Source: Paramoeba atlantica
Lineage: Eukaryota > Protista > Discosea
Direction: 5' to 3'
Length of the DNA: 64,000 bases
NCBI GenBank assembly: GCA_977017575.1
Contig: CDRNVI010000021.1
Coordinates: 620,001-684,000, forward strand
The position numbers and the translations under genes are program-made. This document shows, piece by piece, positions 1-11,491 of the stretch. Position 1 is the stretch's first letter. Each line of letters opens with the position of its first letter. A model generated the notes under the pieces. That model was not told where the DNA came from, did not search any database, and saw only the letters and a program-made list of their open reading frames with translations.

Positions 1-1
1 G

Positions 2-1480
2 GCCCAAATTGTTTTAACGCCTTACAACACTTTACTGGACGCTCATGCAAGAGAAGAATGTGGTTTGCATCTAACTGGAAGCGTAGTAATCATAGACGAA
101 GCACATAATTTAATATCTTCATGTCATGCTGCGCTTTCAAAAGAAATTTGTTTAGGAAAGGTAGAAAAAATACGCTGCTGCCTTTCTGATGCGCTTCAGA
201 AGCAAGGGCAACTTACTAAAACAAGGGAAAAATTATTTGAACTTAAACGCATATGTGACAGTTTTTATTCCTTTTTTAATGCAGCATCTTATAGTGCCAA
301 TTCTAGGACCTTCCAGCAGAATACAAACTTGCATACTGTGGCATTTAATGTTGGGACATTCTTAAAAGATATTAAACTAGTGAATCACGACTTTTTGGCT
401 CTGGCGAATTTTTGTAGGGAATCCACTCTAGTTCAACAGCTTGCTCGAAGTGCCCCTCTTGATGATTTGACACAATTTCTTTCTCTTTTAGCTTCAGAAA
501 CCGGAGACATGGTTGTACTCCATACTCCGGATGCTAACTGTTTGGCACTAACTGCCTTATCTGGACGGCGTGCCTTTACCTCTTTACTTGAGGAGGCACT
601 CTGCGTTATCCTTATCGGAGGTACAATTCCACCACAGTCCATCCTAGATGCTGAGCTTTTTTCTGCGTCTGCTTTAGGGAATCGATCTCCCATTCGTGTT
701 TCCTTGCCGCACGTTATTCCTCGAAATCACGTGTGCGCTATTTGCGTCACTTCGGGACCTACCCAAACTAGCATGCGCTTCACACATGCCGCGAAGCAGT
801 CTGGTCAAGACACAGAGATGGCATTGGAGGCCGGGCGTTCGGTTCGAAATTTGGTTCAAATTGTGCCCAAAGGCATAGTATTGTTCTTTGCGTCATTCTC
901 ACATCTTGATTTTGTTTACAAAGTTTGGGAGTCCAACGGAATTTGTTTGGCCATTGAGGCGAAAAAGAAAATTTTCCGTGAGCACTCTGGCGCCAATCTT
1001 ACTACATTGTTAGAACAGTATCGCACTACCATTTCGAATTCTGAAAATGGCGCTTTGCTTTGTTCCGTTATGGGAGGACGACTCTCAGAAGGCATCAATT
1101 TTGAGGACGACTACTGTAGACTTGTTGTCATTATCGGTCTTCCATATCCTAATCCTTTCGACACAGAATCAAAGGCACGCTTGCAATACCTTCAAAATCT
1201 GAATCCCTCAATTTCAGAAGCGAACTACTATGATGCCTTGTGTATGACGACTGTTAATCAAACTATTGGTCGAGCAATACGTCACCGTGGGGATTATGCT
1301 GCCATTCTATTTTTAGACGAAAGGATGTCACAACCGAAGCTTCAATCCTTATTGCCACATTGGATACAAGAAAACATCACGCAAAAGCGTAGTGACACTT
1401 CTCAGAGCGCACTTTCTTTTTCAACTGCATTCGCCACGTTAAGGGAATTTTTCTCTTCTTTTCGAAACTTTGAAAGGTAG
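2..1480 (+). CDS. DDX11: DDX11/CHL1-like XPD-family DNA helicase, C-terminal part (5' truncated by window edge)
   Basis: The frame is open from base 2 (AQIVLTPYNTLLDAHAREECGLHL). It has Walker B VVIIDEAHNL, ILIGGTI, GIVLFFASF, SVMGGRLSEGINF and VNQTIGRAIRHRGDY (helicase_C_2 motifs). Confidence 0.9.
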   Translation, partial: AQIVLTPYNTLLDAHAREECGLHLTGSVVIIDEAHNLISSCHAALSKEICLGKVEKIRCCLSDALQKQGQLTKTREKLFELKRICDSFYSFFNAASYSANSRTFQQNTNLHTVAFNVGTFLKDIKLVNHDFLALANFCRESTLVQQLARSAPLDDLTQFLSLLASETGDMVVLHTPDANCLALTALSGRRAFTSLLEEALCVILIGGTIPPQSILDAELFSASALGNRSPIRVSLPHVIPRNHVCAICVTSGPTQTSMRFTHAAKQSGQDTEMALEAGRSVRNLVQIVPKGIVLFFASFSHLDFVYKVWESNGICLAIEAKKKIFREHSGANLTTLLEQYRTTISNSENGALLCSVMGGRLSEGINFEDDYCRLVVIIGLPYPNPFDTESKARLQYLQNLNPSISEANYYDALCMTTVNQTIGRAIRHRGDYAAILFLDERMSQPKLQSLLPHWIQENITQKRSDTSQSALSFSTAFATLREFFSSFRNFER

Positions 1481-1696
1481 TGAGAGCTTCGAAATATCGA
1501 CCTTTCCACAAGCTGGGGGACCCACATTGAAAAAACAGCAAGAATAGAGTACGTGAGCAATCACATTGGACATGTACGATTCTGTCATTTCTAGTTTCAA
1601 AGATTAATGTATGACAAGACTTTGTTACTTGGGTTAGACACTTGAAGAAAGGAACAACGTCGATTTATTCTTTCTTTCTCTTTTGACTTTCTAACA

Positions 1697-2758
1697 ATGG
1701 TGGCTGAGCGAAAACAAAAACTTTCGAATTCCACGAGCCCAGAACCCAAAAAACGTTCCGTTATGAAATCAGGCAAAGCATTGGTAGCAGCAAAGGTAAC
1801 TGAAGAATCTATTTTAGAGGGGACCATACCCTTTCAGCGGGCATCCAAGGATTCAGACTTTACTTCAGATTCCATGGTCAAGATTCTTTCCTGGAATGTA
1901 GCCGGACTCCGTGCCGTTATGAGAAACTGGGACAAGGAGTTTCACCAACTTTTCGAAACAGAACGCCCTGACGTTGTGTGTCTCCAGGAAACCAAATTAC
2001 AGCCTAATGCTGCGGAAAACGCCAAGTTAGCCAAAGTTAGTGGATATGTCTTCTATGAAAGTTGTAGCTCTGCAAAGAAAGGGTACTCTGGAACACGGAT
2101 CTATGTGCGTGATTCCGTGCCACACCGCATTTGGAGTTTTCATCCGTCAAAGCAATGCTCGGATAAGGGCAAGATGGAGATTGTGGGTGGCAACCACTCG
2201 GATTTATCCCGCGCTGAACCTCACGATGCGGAAGGTCGTATTATTGTTCTTGAGTTTGCCACGTTGTTTTTGGTGAATACTTATGTACCCAATGCTGGCA
2301 TGGAATTAAAGAGGCTTTCTTATCGTGTCTCTCAGTGGGATAGAGACATGAAGACATGCCTGCAAAAACTTCAAAGTGAGGAGAACGGGAAGAAATCTGT
2401 GATTTGGGCAGGAGATTTGAATGTTGCCGAACGTGACTACGACCGCTACTTTCAAGGAAGCTACGCTCAAATGCAGAAATGCGCTGGATTTACACCAGAA
2501 GAGCGGGCTTCATTTCGCGCACTCCTGACCGAGACTTCCATGGTGGATAGCTTTCGTCATCTTTATCCAAATGCCTCTAAAGCATATACTTTCTGGTCAG
2601 CTAGAATTGGTGGTCGTGCCAGAGGTTTAGGTTGGCGATTGGATTATTTCGTCCTCTCCCGTGCTCTTCTTACACGATTAGTGGACAGTTTTACCTTGCC
2701 AAATATACGTGGGAGTGATCATTGTCCTATTGTTCTATGGTTAAAAGGAAGGCTATGA
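1697..2758 (+). CDS. APE1: AP endonuclease / exodeoxyribonuclease III
   Basis: Motifs KILSWNVAGLRA, VVCLQETK, KKGYSGT, EGRII, YVPNAG, GDLNVA, YTFWS, GWRLDYF and GSDHCPI, with a basic N-terminal extension. Confidence 0.95.
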   Translation: MVAERKQKLSNSTSPEPKKRSVMKSGKALVAAKVTEESILEGTIPFQRASKDSDFTSDSMVKILSWNVAGLRAVMRNWDKEFHQLFETERPDVVCLQETKLQPNAAENAKLAKVSGYVFYESCSSAKKGYSGTRIYVRDSVPHRIWSFHPSKQCSDKGKMEIVGGNHSDLSRAEPHDAEGRIIVLEFATLFLVNTYVPNAGMELKRLSYRVSQWDRDMKTCLQKLQSEENGKKSVIWAGDLNVAERDYDRYFQGSYAQMQKCAGFTPEERASFRALLTETSMVDSFRHLYPNASKAYTFWSARIGGRARGLGWRLDYFVLSRALLTRLVDSFTLPNIRGSDHCPIVLWLKGRL

Positions 2759-3019
2759 AATTTTTGGAAATGCTTGTTAAAATATTTTTCATTGCAATTT
2801 ACATACCTTTTTTTTCAGCAAGATTTCAACATCAAGTGTAAGAGTAATTCGCGCATCTTGAATACATGGTGGAGGTTTAGGGGAGCATTGAACGTAGTAC
2901 AATGTATAATGTAAAATGTTGCACATCTGAATGCGCGCATATTAATCCGTAGATCCGTTTTCATCATTTTTTCTTAAACAAAGTTCGCTTTTTCTTTTCC
3001 ATTTTTTGTCTTTCGAATT

Positions 3020-3748
3020 ATGGACATTGGAAGTCGTCCTGCCAAAGTTCGTGGTGCGGGACTTCCCACAGAGTATCAAATGCATCGATTATTGCAGAAA
3101 ATGGATACGGGACGAATGGACCGAAAAGACGAGGAACCGTGTCTCTGGTCGGGTGTCGTATGTAACAGCCAACATCAAGTTGCAGAACTTCGATGGGCTG
3201 GACTTTCTCTGAGCGGCTCCTTCGATCTTACTGCTCTTCCCCCGCAACTCACTATGTGTCACGCTGACTGCAATAGTCTCAGTTCTACCATAGACCTCAC
3301 CGCTCTTCCCACATTTTTGTTTTCGCTACAATTACATCGTAATCAATTTGACGGGGTAATTGAGCTGGGCGAGCTACCATCCCACCTGGAGTATCTTCGG
3401 CTGCACCGCAACGCCTTCATCGGGAGACTTGATTTAACACAACTTCCGTGGTCTCTTCGTTCACTTGACGTCTCTCATAATGATCTCTCACGTGAAGTAG
3501 TACTAACGCAGCTTCCTCTGTGCTTCGAGGTTTTAAATTTAAATGACAATGGTTTTATTGGGGAAGTTGATCTCTCGTCTCTTCCTCATAGCATGGAACA
3601 CATTGATCTCTCGTCGAATAGATTTTCAGGAGTTGTATACGTTGATGACCTTCCTCTTGGTCTCAATTTTGTTGGTCTTGAGGATAACGCCTTCGAGGCT
3701 GTTCTTCCTGTGCCGCTTCCGCTATCTGTCCATTGGGATGGTGAGTAA
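3020..3748 (+). CDS. Leucine-rich repeat protein, dispersed family copy 1
   Basis: N-cap KVRGAGLPTEY..CLWSGVVC followed by about 7 LRRs of type LxxLxLxxNxFxGxxDLxxLP. Confidence 0.85.
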   Translation: MDIGSRPAKVRGAGLPTEYQMHRLLQKMDTGRMDRKDEEPCLWSGVVCNSQHQVAELRWAGLSLSGSFDLTALPPQLTMCHADCNSLSSTIDLTALPTFLFSLQLHRNQFDGVIELGELPSHLEYLRLHRNAFIGRLDLTQLPWSLRSLDVSHNDLSREVVLTQLPLCFEVLNLNDNGFIGEVDLSSLPHSMEHIDLSSNRFSGVVYVDDLPLGLNFVGLEDNAFEAVLPVPLPLSVHWDGE

Positions 3749-3940
3749 TCCTTGTAGTCCAGTAAAGAAATTGTAAGTTTTGGTCTTGGTAAGTAAGGAA
3801 AAGGTAAATTTTTTGCATTCAGAAAGCACTAATCATAGGAGGAAAAGAGATGTGCACATTTAAGAAAGGCGTGAGTAGTCGCCTCAAAAAAGGTAAAGTT
3901 TACAAATGAAAGTTAGAAATACTAAACTCCCTTACAAATG

Positions 3941-4086
3941 CTGTACCCCCTCCGCTAGTTATCTGTCACACATTGAGCCCCCCCCAGTTATCTGTCACAC
4001 CCCTACCTTATCCGTCACCCTACCCCCCCCCCTTACTTACCTGTCACCTTTTCCCGAAAAGTAGTGAGATAACTAGGGGGGCACAG
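3941..4086. mobile_element. Small degenerate TIR element (MITE-like)
   Basis: Imperfect inverted ends: CTGTACCCCC..CTAGTTATCT-TCAC (3941-3969) and GTGAGATAACTAGGGGGGCACAG (4064-4086). Confidence 0.4.
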
Positions 4087-4377
4087 TATATGGTGCCACG
4101 AACTTGTTTTGACACGCCGCCTCGTAGTACAGTGGTCGTCACTATTCTCAGAATCCGCAATTGAACATTGACAGGATTTTTTAATTTTCATTCTCATTTT
4201 CGCGACTATTATCATTTTCTCGTTGATTTTGCCGTTGAACGTTGACAAGAAATAGAAAAGAAGTAGAAAAAAATCTTTGGGTCACCTGCACTCAAACTGC
4301 ACCCAAAAATACGCTTTTTCAAAACAAATGATCCTTTCGACCAAATTTCCATTTAAAGTCGTTCTGAGCACTATAAT

Positions 4378-4927
4378 TTATAAACCCCTGGCCAAAATAA
4401 GGCACCCCCCTCCAAAATCCCAATGCTTCGCTTGTTTGAGCTAATTTTTGTAGCATTTTATAGATCTCAACACAAAGAGTTTGCGCGTTAAGAAACGGAA
4501 CAAAAAATACCAAATGCATACATTTGAAAGTCGGATTACTACATTTTTGCTCTCTTAAAAATTTCAAAAAAAAACTACGCCCTTTTAAACGAAAAACTCT
4601 GCCCCCCTCTAAGAACTTCAACTTCATGCGTTTTTGCTCATTTTTTTTGCAAGCGAGAGATCACGCTTTCCTCACGAAGATGATTGCTGCCCTTTTTTCA
4701 TAGGGAGGCCTCTCGTGCCCCCTGATCGCAGAATTGTGCCTTCCTGGAAAACAGAAGTGGAACATCAAGTTTTTTATATATTTTTTGTTCCAAGGTTTTG
4801 GTGGACTAAAAATGGCGGGAACGTACAGATCTCAAAAATCTGAACGAAATTATGGTATCATAACCCTACCATGCCCCCTCGTGCAAAAGATAAGGGGGGT
4901 GCCTTATTGGTGGCCAGGGGTTTATAA
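4378..4927. mobile_element. MITE with ~33-bp TIRs
   Basis: Left end TTATAAACCCCTGGCCA-AAATAAGGCACCCCCCT; right end AGGGGGGTGCCTTATTGGTGGCCAGGGGTTTATAA. No coding capacity. Confidence 0.75.
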
Positions 4928-4944
4928 CACTTACGGTATAACAA

Positions 4945-5263
4945 TACCGTAGACCCCCCCAGTAATAGACCCCCCCCAGTAACAAGGATTTGACCCTTTT
5001 TCGGCTGACCCCCAGTAACAAGGATTCGGCTCGGGAGGGTCTTTGGAGGGGGGAGGGGGTGTTTGAGCGGGTGATGGTGGCTGGGCGGGGTGAGGGCGGT
5101 TGCGAGGAGTGAATGGCGTGGTTGCGGGGTTGGATAGGCTGAAAATCAACGCACTCATGTACAAAAAATGTCTTTTCTCACCCAAAAAGCATATTCCCCC
5201 CAGTAACAAGGATTTGGCCATTTTGACCCAAAATCGATTCTATTACTGGGGGGGTCTACGGTA
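4945..5263. mobile_element. Tc1/mariner-pogo-type MITE, TA-flanked
   Basis: Perfect 25-bp inverted ends TACCGTAGACCCCCCCAGTAATAGA / TCTATTACTGGGGGGGTCTACGGTA, with internal CCCCAGTAACAAGGATT sub-repeats. Confidence 0.85.
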
Positions 5264-5955
5264 ATTCCCGAAATTTGAAAGATTGTAACCCATTTAAAGT
5301 CACTAGAAAAAAAATTAGAATTACATGTACGATAGCGCAGCAAGATCTCGGGGGGTAAACTCGTAACTGGGCGATTTTCATCAACTCCAATTTCCTTCAT
5401 TAAGACAAAATACACACCCCTGTACACAGCTGGAAGAACAATCACTAACTACTTGATCTAAGCTCATCTCAAGTATTAAAGGTAGTAATCACTACTTTTT
5501 AAGTAGTAACCATAATTAAATTACTAACATATACTCCCCCTAGTAAGGTACCCCCCAGGAAGAGAGATTTGGCCCTTCGCTCAAAAGTGAAAACCATAAT
5601 GCCTAGACGCTGAAATTTCGAAGGTCATCACCCTCACCACTGCAGTAGCTGAATTTTTATGCGGGTGTTTCCTTTTCGAGGCCCAGATTACACAACAGGG
5701 TTGTGCAACCAACAGGGTCCCTTTTGATCCATTCTCATTTTCAAAGCCCTTTTTGAGTTGAACGTTGACACGATAATTTGTCATTCTTGAGAGGTTCATT
5801 CTCATTTTCGTGACTCTCAGATTGGTGACGACCACTGTACCACATCTGTCTCAATTGTTCTGCATAAATTTTACTACCTTTGTCATCATCTATCTATCGC
5901 ATGTTTTAGCATTCCAGCGTCCATTTAAATCTTGATTGGCGCAGATTGCGCATAA

Positions 5956-7248
5956 ATGCCGTTTGAATGTCTTGGGAGTGTGTCCCTACATGCTTCAGAA
6001 TACGTCTCCAAAGTCGAAAATGTCAATTCCCATCACACAATGGCACTAACAACACAAAGTTCCTTATCCGAAGAACAGAAGCCATTGTCTCTTATTGATA
6101 TCGCCACACTACAAATCGTGAGTCGCGTATCATCATCCACTTCAAGTCGTATCACAGATTTTTCTTTTCCCGTTTTGTACAGCGACGGTTCCTCTACCCC
6201 TTTTTCTCCTCCACAACCGTCTCACCCCTCCACCCCTCATCTCCTCGCTTATTCCCACCACGATGGGACCGTGATCCTACACGACCTTCGTCAACCCTCT
6301 CCCTCCGCATGCCTTCGAGTTTGCCGCAATGCCGACACGCACACGGTGGCCTGGCAAGCCACACCCACATTCCAGCCCACCCCTCCCCAGGACACCCCCC
6401 CCACCCCCCTCGACTCACGCCGGTTCTCGTTCGACCTCCTTACGGTCGGGGACGGGGCGGATTACCTCGTGCTGGATCTTCGACAGCGACGCGTACTCAC
6501 GCGCGTCCAAAACCACAGTGACCGCGTCACCGTGCTGTGCTGTTCCCCCCATGGCGCCCCCTCTCCCGTGTTTTGCTCCGGCGCGGAAGACGGGCTTCTG
6601 TGTTGCACGGAACCCACAAAGGGTGAGCTGGGCTCCGTAAGTGCGGTGGGGAGTCCCATCCGTCGGGTCTGGGGGATGGGCGGGAAGGCAAGGAAGAGAT
6701 TGAAGCCACGAAAACGAAGCCTGGAGGGGGGGTTCGATCCGGAGAAGGGGGTGAGGGGGAGCACGACGCCGTGCTCGCTGTTGGTGGGCTTCACCTCGCT
6801 GGAGGAGGCGTTTGTGACGGATAGCAGGACGGGGGATATTTTGTTACGTGTTCCCCGTCGTGATGAGGCTTCCTATGTGGCAGAGGTTCTTCCGTACAGC
6901 TTGCCGTGGTGTGAGGAGCAAGGTTTCACACTTTGTTTGGGTCGGTATGCTGGATTAGAGGATAAGGGAAGCGGAGACTTGGAATTCTGGAATGTAAAGT
7001 CGCCCTTGGAGCAATTTGAGGATGTGGCGAAGTTGGGCAATCAGAAGAGTGGAGATTGTGTCTCCTGGAATGGCTTACTTGATTCTGGGATTGTACGGCA
7101 TGTGGATGCCATCTCAAATGCACATTCGGGTGAAGTGGTGCGTAGCATTTGCAGGGTCTCGCGTTTTGAGCGAGGACGGGGGATTTTGGGAACAGCTGGG
7201 GAGGATGGTTGCGTTGCGCTGTGGAGGATAAAAGCGATGAATGAGTAA
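5956..7248 (+). CDS. WD40-repeat protein (WDR89-like)
   Basis: WD-type segments HSDRVTVLCCSP..FCSGAEDGLL and HSGEVVRSI..LGTAGEDGCVALWRI. Confidence 0.7.
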   Translation: MPFECLGSVSLHASEYVSKVENVNSHHTMALTTQSSLSEEQKPLSLIDIATLQIVSRVSSSTSSRITDFSFPVLYSDGSSTPFSPPQPSHPSTPHLLAYSHHDGTVILHDLRQPSPSACLRVCRNADTHTVAWQATPTFQPTPPQDTPPTPLDSRRFSFDLLTVGDGADYLVLDLRQRRVLTRVQNHSDRVTVLCCSPHGAPSPVFCSGAEDGLLCCTEPTKGELGSVSAVGSPIRRVWGMGGKARKRLKPRKRSLEGGFDPEKGVRGSTTPCSLLVGFTSLEEAFVTDSRTGDILLRVPRRDEASYVAEVLPYSLPWCEEQGFTLCLGRYAGLEDKGSGDLEFWNVKSPLEQFEDVAKLGNQKSGDCVSWNGLLDSGIVRHVDAISNAHSGEVVRSICRVSRFERGRGILGTAGEDGCVALWRIKAMNE

Positions 7249-7412
7249 GATTTAAAGGTCATCGTAACGACTGTTTCTAGAAGTGGCACACTACATACGA
7301 TGCAGTGAGCTTAAATCTTTATATTGTGTACGGTAAATCATACTACGATAATAAGAAAATTTCTCAGAAGCATCAATATACATTTTCTTACTTTTTCAAC
7401 AGTTTACGTATC

Positions 7413-9857
7413 ATGCTTCGTCGCATAGGCTCGCGTACCACTGTAGGCGCTTTGTCCCGAACATCTGCTCTGTGTTATACACTTCCTTCTGGTTATCCAA
7501 TATCGTCGCTCTCTCATTCACTTCGGTTGTATGCTAAGCGTTCATCTCCGGTTCTCTCACATGTGGATGGAAATCAGAGTATAACGCCATGGCGTGGGGG
7601 AGAGGGCGGCGCTGGGTCTCGGGGCGCGAACGGCAATTCGCAAGGTGGCGAACCTTCCGGTCGTCAGTGGGTAAACCCGAAAGCTGTTCCCCAAGGTGAT
7701 CATTTAAAAAAATATGCGAGAGACCTCACCGAGGAGGCAGCCAATGGAAAGCTTGATCCCGTAATCGGTCGCGAGGAAGTTATTCGTCGAACAATTCAAG
7801 TGTTATCCCGCCGAACGAAGAACAACCCTGTGCTCATAGGAGAACCAGGCGTAGGAAAGACGGCTATTGTGGAAGGTCTTGCACAACGGATCATAAAAAA
7901 GGAAGTCCCAGAAAGCATCAAAAATAAAAAAGTGTTTGCACTGGATATTGGATCGCTGCTCGCTGGTGCAAAATTTCGTGGGGAATTTGAGGAACGACTT
8001 AAAGGAGTGCTTCGCGATACCATCGACGCTAAGGGCTCCGTTATTCTCTTTATTGATGAGCTACACACGCTGGTCGGAGCTGGGTCTTCTGGAGACGGTT
8101 CCATGGATGCCTCGAATATGCTAAAGCCTTCTCTTGCACGCGGCGAGCTCCATTGCGTCGGTGCGACAACGCTAAATGAGTATCGAAAGCATATCGAAAA
8201 GGACGCGGCCTTGGCACGACGATTCCAGAGCGTACTTGTGGAAGAGCCTACCGTAGAAGAGACCATTGCAGTTTTACGTGGTCTCAAAGGCAAATACGAG
8301 GCACACCACGGATGTATGATTAACGATAGTGCACTGATTTACTCAGCCGTGAACTCTCATAAGTATATTTCAGATCGTAAATTACCGGACAAAGCAATTG
8401 ATCTGATTGACGAAGCAGCTTCACGGCTTCGGCTACAACAGGAGAGTAAGCCGGAGATTGTAGACAGTGCCGAAAGGGAACTTGTTCGCCTTCGTATCGA
8501 GCTTGAGGCTTTACGTAAAGATCGGGACGAGTTGAGCAAAGCAAAAGTCAAAACGAAAGAAGAAGAAATCGCAGGCAAGCAGAAAGCGTACGCCGAGCTT
8601 GAAAGCAAATGGAATGAACAGAAATCTCTTTTTGATCGTATCAAGAGGCGCACCGAAGAGATCGAAAATTTACAAAGTCAACTTGATATTGCCACAAACA
8701 CGTCAGATTATCACAAAGCTTCAGAACTCAAATATAGTCGAATTCCTAAACTGAAAGCTGAAAACGAAGAAGACAAAAAGAAGGCGCGAACTGAAGATTT
8801 TATGGTATCCGAATCTGTGACTCCTATTGATATCGCCGGAGTTATTTCCAAAGCGACAGGTATTCCTGTACACAATCTGATGCAAGGCGAGCGTGACAAA
8901 CTGATCGACATGGACTCTACCCTCAAAGCACGCGTAATCGGACAGGACCATGCTATTGACTGTATCACAAATGTGGTTCGAATTTCCCGAGCCGGGCTTC
9001 ACAGCCAGAAACGACCACTTGGTAGCTTTCTTTTTCTTGGGCCTACGGGTGTGGGCAAAACAGAAGTAGCAAAGCAGCTGGCAAAGTTTCTTTTTGACGA
9101 CGAGAGCCATATTTGTCGTATTGATATGAGTGAGTATCAAGAGCGACACACCGTGCATCGCCTTATTGGCGCCCCACCAGGCTATGTGGGATATGAAGAC
9201 GGTGGTGAGCTTACCGAAAGCGTTCGACGACGACCTTACCAGATCGTTCTTTTTGATGAGTTTGAGAAAGCACATCCTTCTGTTTCAAACATTCTGCTGC
9301 AAGTGATGGACGACGGACACTTAACAGATTCTCATGGGCGTCGAGTTGACTTTAAGAACACTATTATCATACTAACAAGCAATCTTGCATCTGATCTCAT
9401 TGCAGCCCTTCCGGAGGACCAGCCGAGCAGCACAATACAAGAGGACATTATGAGAGTCGTTCAATCACGTCTTCCGCCCGAGTTCATCAATCGCTTGGAT
9501 GACATTATTCTCTTTAATCGCTTACAGCGCAAGCATATCAAACAGATCGTGAAAATCCAACTCGATCAGCTACAGGGAATCCTTTCGGAGCGTCAACTTA
9601 AGCTTAAAGTCGGTTCCAAGGCTTTGGACCAAATTTCTAGCATTGCATACAGTCCGCTTTACGGGGCCCGTCCTCTGCGCCGTATATTGCAAGGTACAGT
9701 GCTTAACCAAATTGCGCATATGTTAATAGACGGACGTATCAGAGACGGCGAAGATATACGTGTTGAAACGTCTCCTAAAGATGAATTAGGAATTGCTGTT
9801 CATCCGAATCATCCCGCACTTCGTCCTACTACTTCGGGGGCTATTACACCAAAGTAA
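7413..9857 (+). CDS. HSP78: Mitochondrial ClpB/Hsp78 AAA+ disaggregase
   Basis: Two AAA modules ([14 protein letters not shown]; [25 protein letters not shown]). It lacks the ClpB N-domain and starts MLRRIGSR like a presequence, so ATG 7413 is preferred over the ORF-track start at 7305. Confidence 0.92.
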   Translation: MLRRIGSRTTVGALSRTSALCYTLPSGYPISSLSHSLRLYAKRSSPVLSHVDGNQSITPWRGGEGGAGSRGANGNSQGGEPSGRQWVNPKAVPQGDHLKKYARDLTEEAANGKLDPVIGREEVIRRTIQVLSRRTKNNPVLIGEPGVGKTAIVEGLAQRIIKKEVPESIKNKKVFALDIGSLLAGAKFRGEFEERLKGVLRDTIDAKGSVILFIDELHTLVGAGSSGDGSMDASNMLKPSLARGELHCVGATTLNEYRKHIEKDAALARRFQSVLVEEPTVEETIAVLRGLKGKYEAHHGCMINDSALIYSAVNSHKYISDRKLPDKAIDLIDEAASRLRLQQESKPEIVDSAERELVRLRIELEALRKDRDELSKAKVKTKEEEIAGKQKAYAELESKWNEQKSLFDRIKRRTEEIENLQSQLDIATNTSDYHKASELKYSRIPKLKAENEEDKKKARTEDFMVSESVTPIDIAGVISKATGIPVHNLMQGERDKLIDMDSTLKARVIGQDHAIDCITNVVRISRAGLHSQKRPLGSFLFLGPTGVGKTEVAKQLAKFLFDDESHICRIDMSEYQERHTVHRLIGAPPGYVGYEDGGELTESVRRRPYQIVLFDEFEKAHPSVSNILLQVMDDGHLTDSHGRRVDFKNTIIILTSNLASDLIAALPEDQPSSTIQEDIMRVVQSRLPPEFINRLDDIILFNRLQRKHIKQIVKIQLDQLQGILSERQLKLKVGSKALDQISSIAYSPLYGARPLRRILQGTVLNQIAHMLIDGRIRDGEDIRVETSPKDELGIAVHPNHPALRPTTSGAITPK

Positions 9858-10199
9858 GTATTGATGAGTACTAAAAGGTACTAAAAATGAGTACAAGCAT
9901 AATTATAGCAGATTTTAAAGTTTTTTTTGCTAGTTTTGTAGCTCTGTAGCTTGTTATCACTTGACAAGTGAAATTATCACTTCACGCTCCTTATTCACTT
10001 CACGCTTTTTCGATTCTTGAGGATATCTTTGTACATAAAAATGTATATATAGCAATTACATTCAATTTTTTTCTTATACACTTGTACTGTCTCTTGGTTT
10101 CCTTTTTTAAGAGCGTAGAATATCAGTTAAGTGCATAGTGCATCAGTTCAAAATATGGCGCCCCACATTATTCCTTTTTTTTCGTACTTTCCTACTGTT

Positions 10200-10650
10200 T
10201 TATGGTGTAAAAACATTTCGACGTTGTGAATTATCAGAACACACCAGAACGAGTAAAACAAAAAGTTTCAATTCCGAGTCCAATTTCCAGCCACCTACAC
10301 AGGCACGGCTAAATACGTGCTCAATGCGAGAGCAATTTTGGGCAAGTTGCTGATTGAATTCCAGCTTTTCAAGGGCTTTACTTTCATACTCATATTTTAT
10401 AGTGAGCGTTTGGGGGCCATGTTTGGTGTTCTCAAAAGGAGTAATCTTATAAGATGTTTGGTAAAAATCACCATCATCCAGGCAATGTAGGTTAAGTTTG
10501 ATAATATGTTTAATATTCCACAATCATCCATTATCATATTATCGTGGGAGTTTCAGCATGCTTAGATTGATATAATCATCCAGAACGTCGGCACAACGTG
10601 GAACTGTATCAATTACCATGCGGACATCAATGAAATAGCCCAAAAACAAA
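10200..10650 (-). pseudogene. Degenerate DDE_Tnp_4 (Harbinger/PIF-like) transposase remnant
   Basis: The minus-strand translation has DGDFY..ITPF..LT..FNQQLAQNCSRIEHVFSR, matching the C-terminal xD.GY..TP..FN..LS..R..IE..FG pattern. There are stops upstream. Confidence 0.45.
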
Positions 10651-10969
10651 TTACTGCGCTTCCTTTATACTGCGGCTTGTTCGGTACTGACTGCCCCTTG
10701 TATTCCTCCCTCGAAAGCAAAGCGTGTGCAGTCCCCCCCTATCTGTTATTGAATGAAACGGTGAAATTTAATACTAAAGTGATAAAAAGGTGAATAGCAT
10801 TTCTTAATTATTTCTTTCTTAATTGAACTCGTTGAAAAAAATCTGCACCCCCCTACTTAACTTTCACCCCTTTTTGAGAAAAAGAACTTCGCGGCGCCTG
10901 CTCCCCGAAGCCGCTCAAAAAGGACAATTAAATGTTGTCAGTTCATACCTATGACACTCTGGAATCTAA

Positions 10970-11039
10970 GTGATGATATTTCTTTATAAGTTCGTCTCCG
11001 TCTGAACTTATTTGATGACTATTTGGAATCTCATACTGA
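10970..11039 (+). ncRNA. Box C/D snoRNA candidate, copy 1
   Basis: Box C GTGATGA, D' CTGA (11002), C' TGATGA (11013) and D CTGA (11036); 70 nt. Confidence 0.65.
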
Positions 11040-11234
11040 AACGCGATATAATAAACCAGTGGGTTTTTTTGTGCACTAACCCAGCAACACAACGTAGGTC
11101 CCACATGTACAGGTCTCAAAAACAGGCATCCAGCTTATTTTTTATCACTATCATATACAACTGAATGTGTAGAATTTCCTGCTTTTTATAACTATCACTT
11201 TACCTACGAAGTGGTAATAGTAATTAGAATCTAA

Positions 11235-11304
11235 ATGATGACATTTCTTTATAAGTTCGTCTCCGTCTGAACTTATTTGATGACTATTTGGAATCTCATA
11301 CTGA
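11235..11304 (+). ncRNA. Box C/D snoRNA candidate, copy 2
   Basis: ATGATGA..CTGA..TGATGA..CTGA, near-identical to copy 1. Confidence 0.65.
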
Positions 11305-11491
11305 AATTTAAGTTTATAAAAAAGAGGTGTTTTTTGTGCACTAACCCCGACCTTAACTTTTTTGTGCCCAACTTTCAGACAAAAGTTGCTTTTTACAGAA
11401 ACGGTATATTTATCCCTTGAGTAGCTTTCCTGCACTATGCATAAAATCTCCTGCATAAAATTCTTGTATTAAATCCACCCGCATAAAATCA

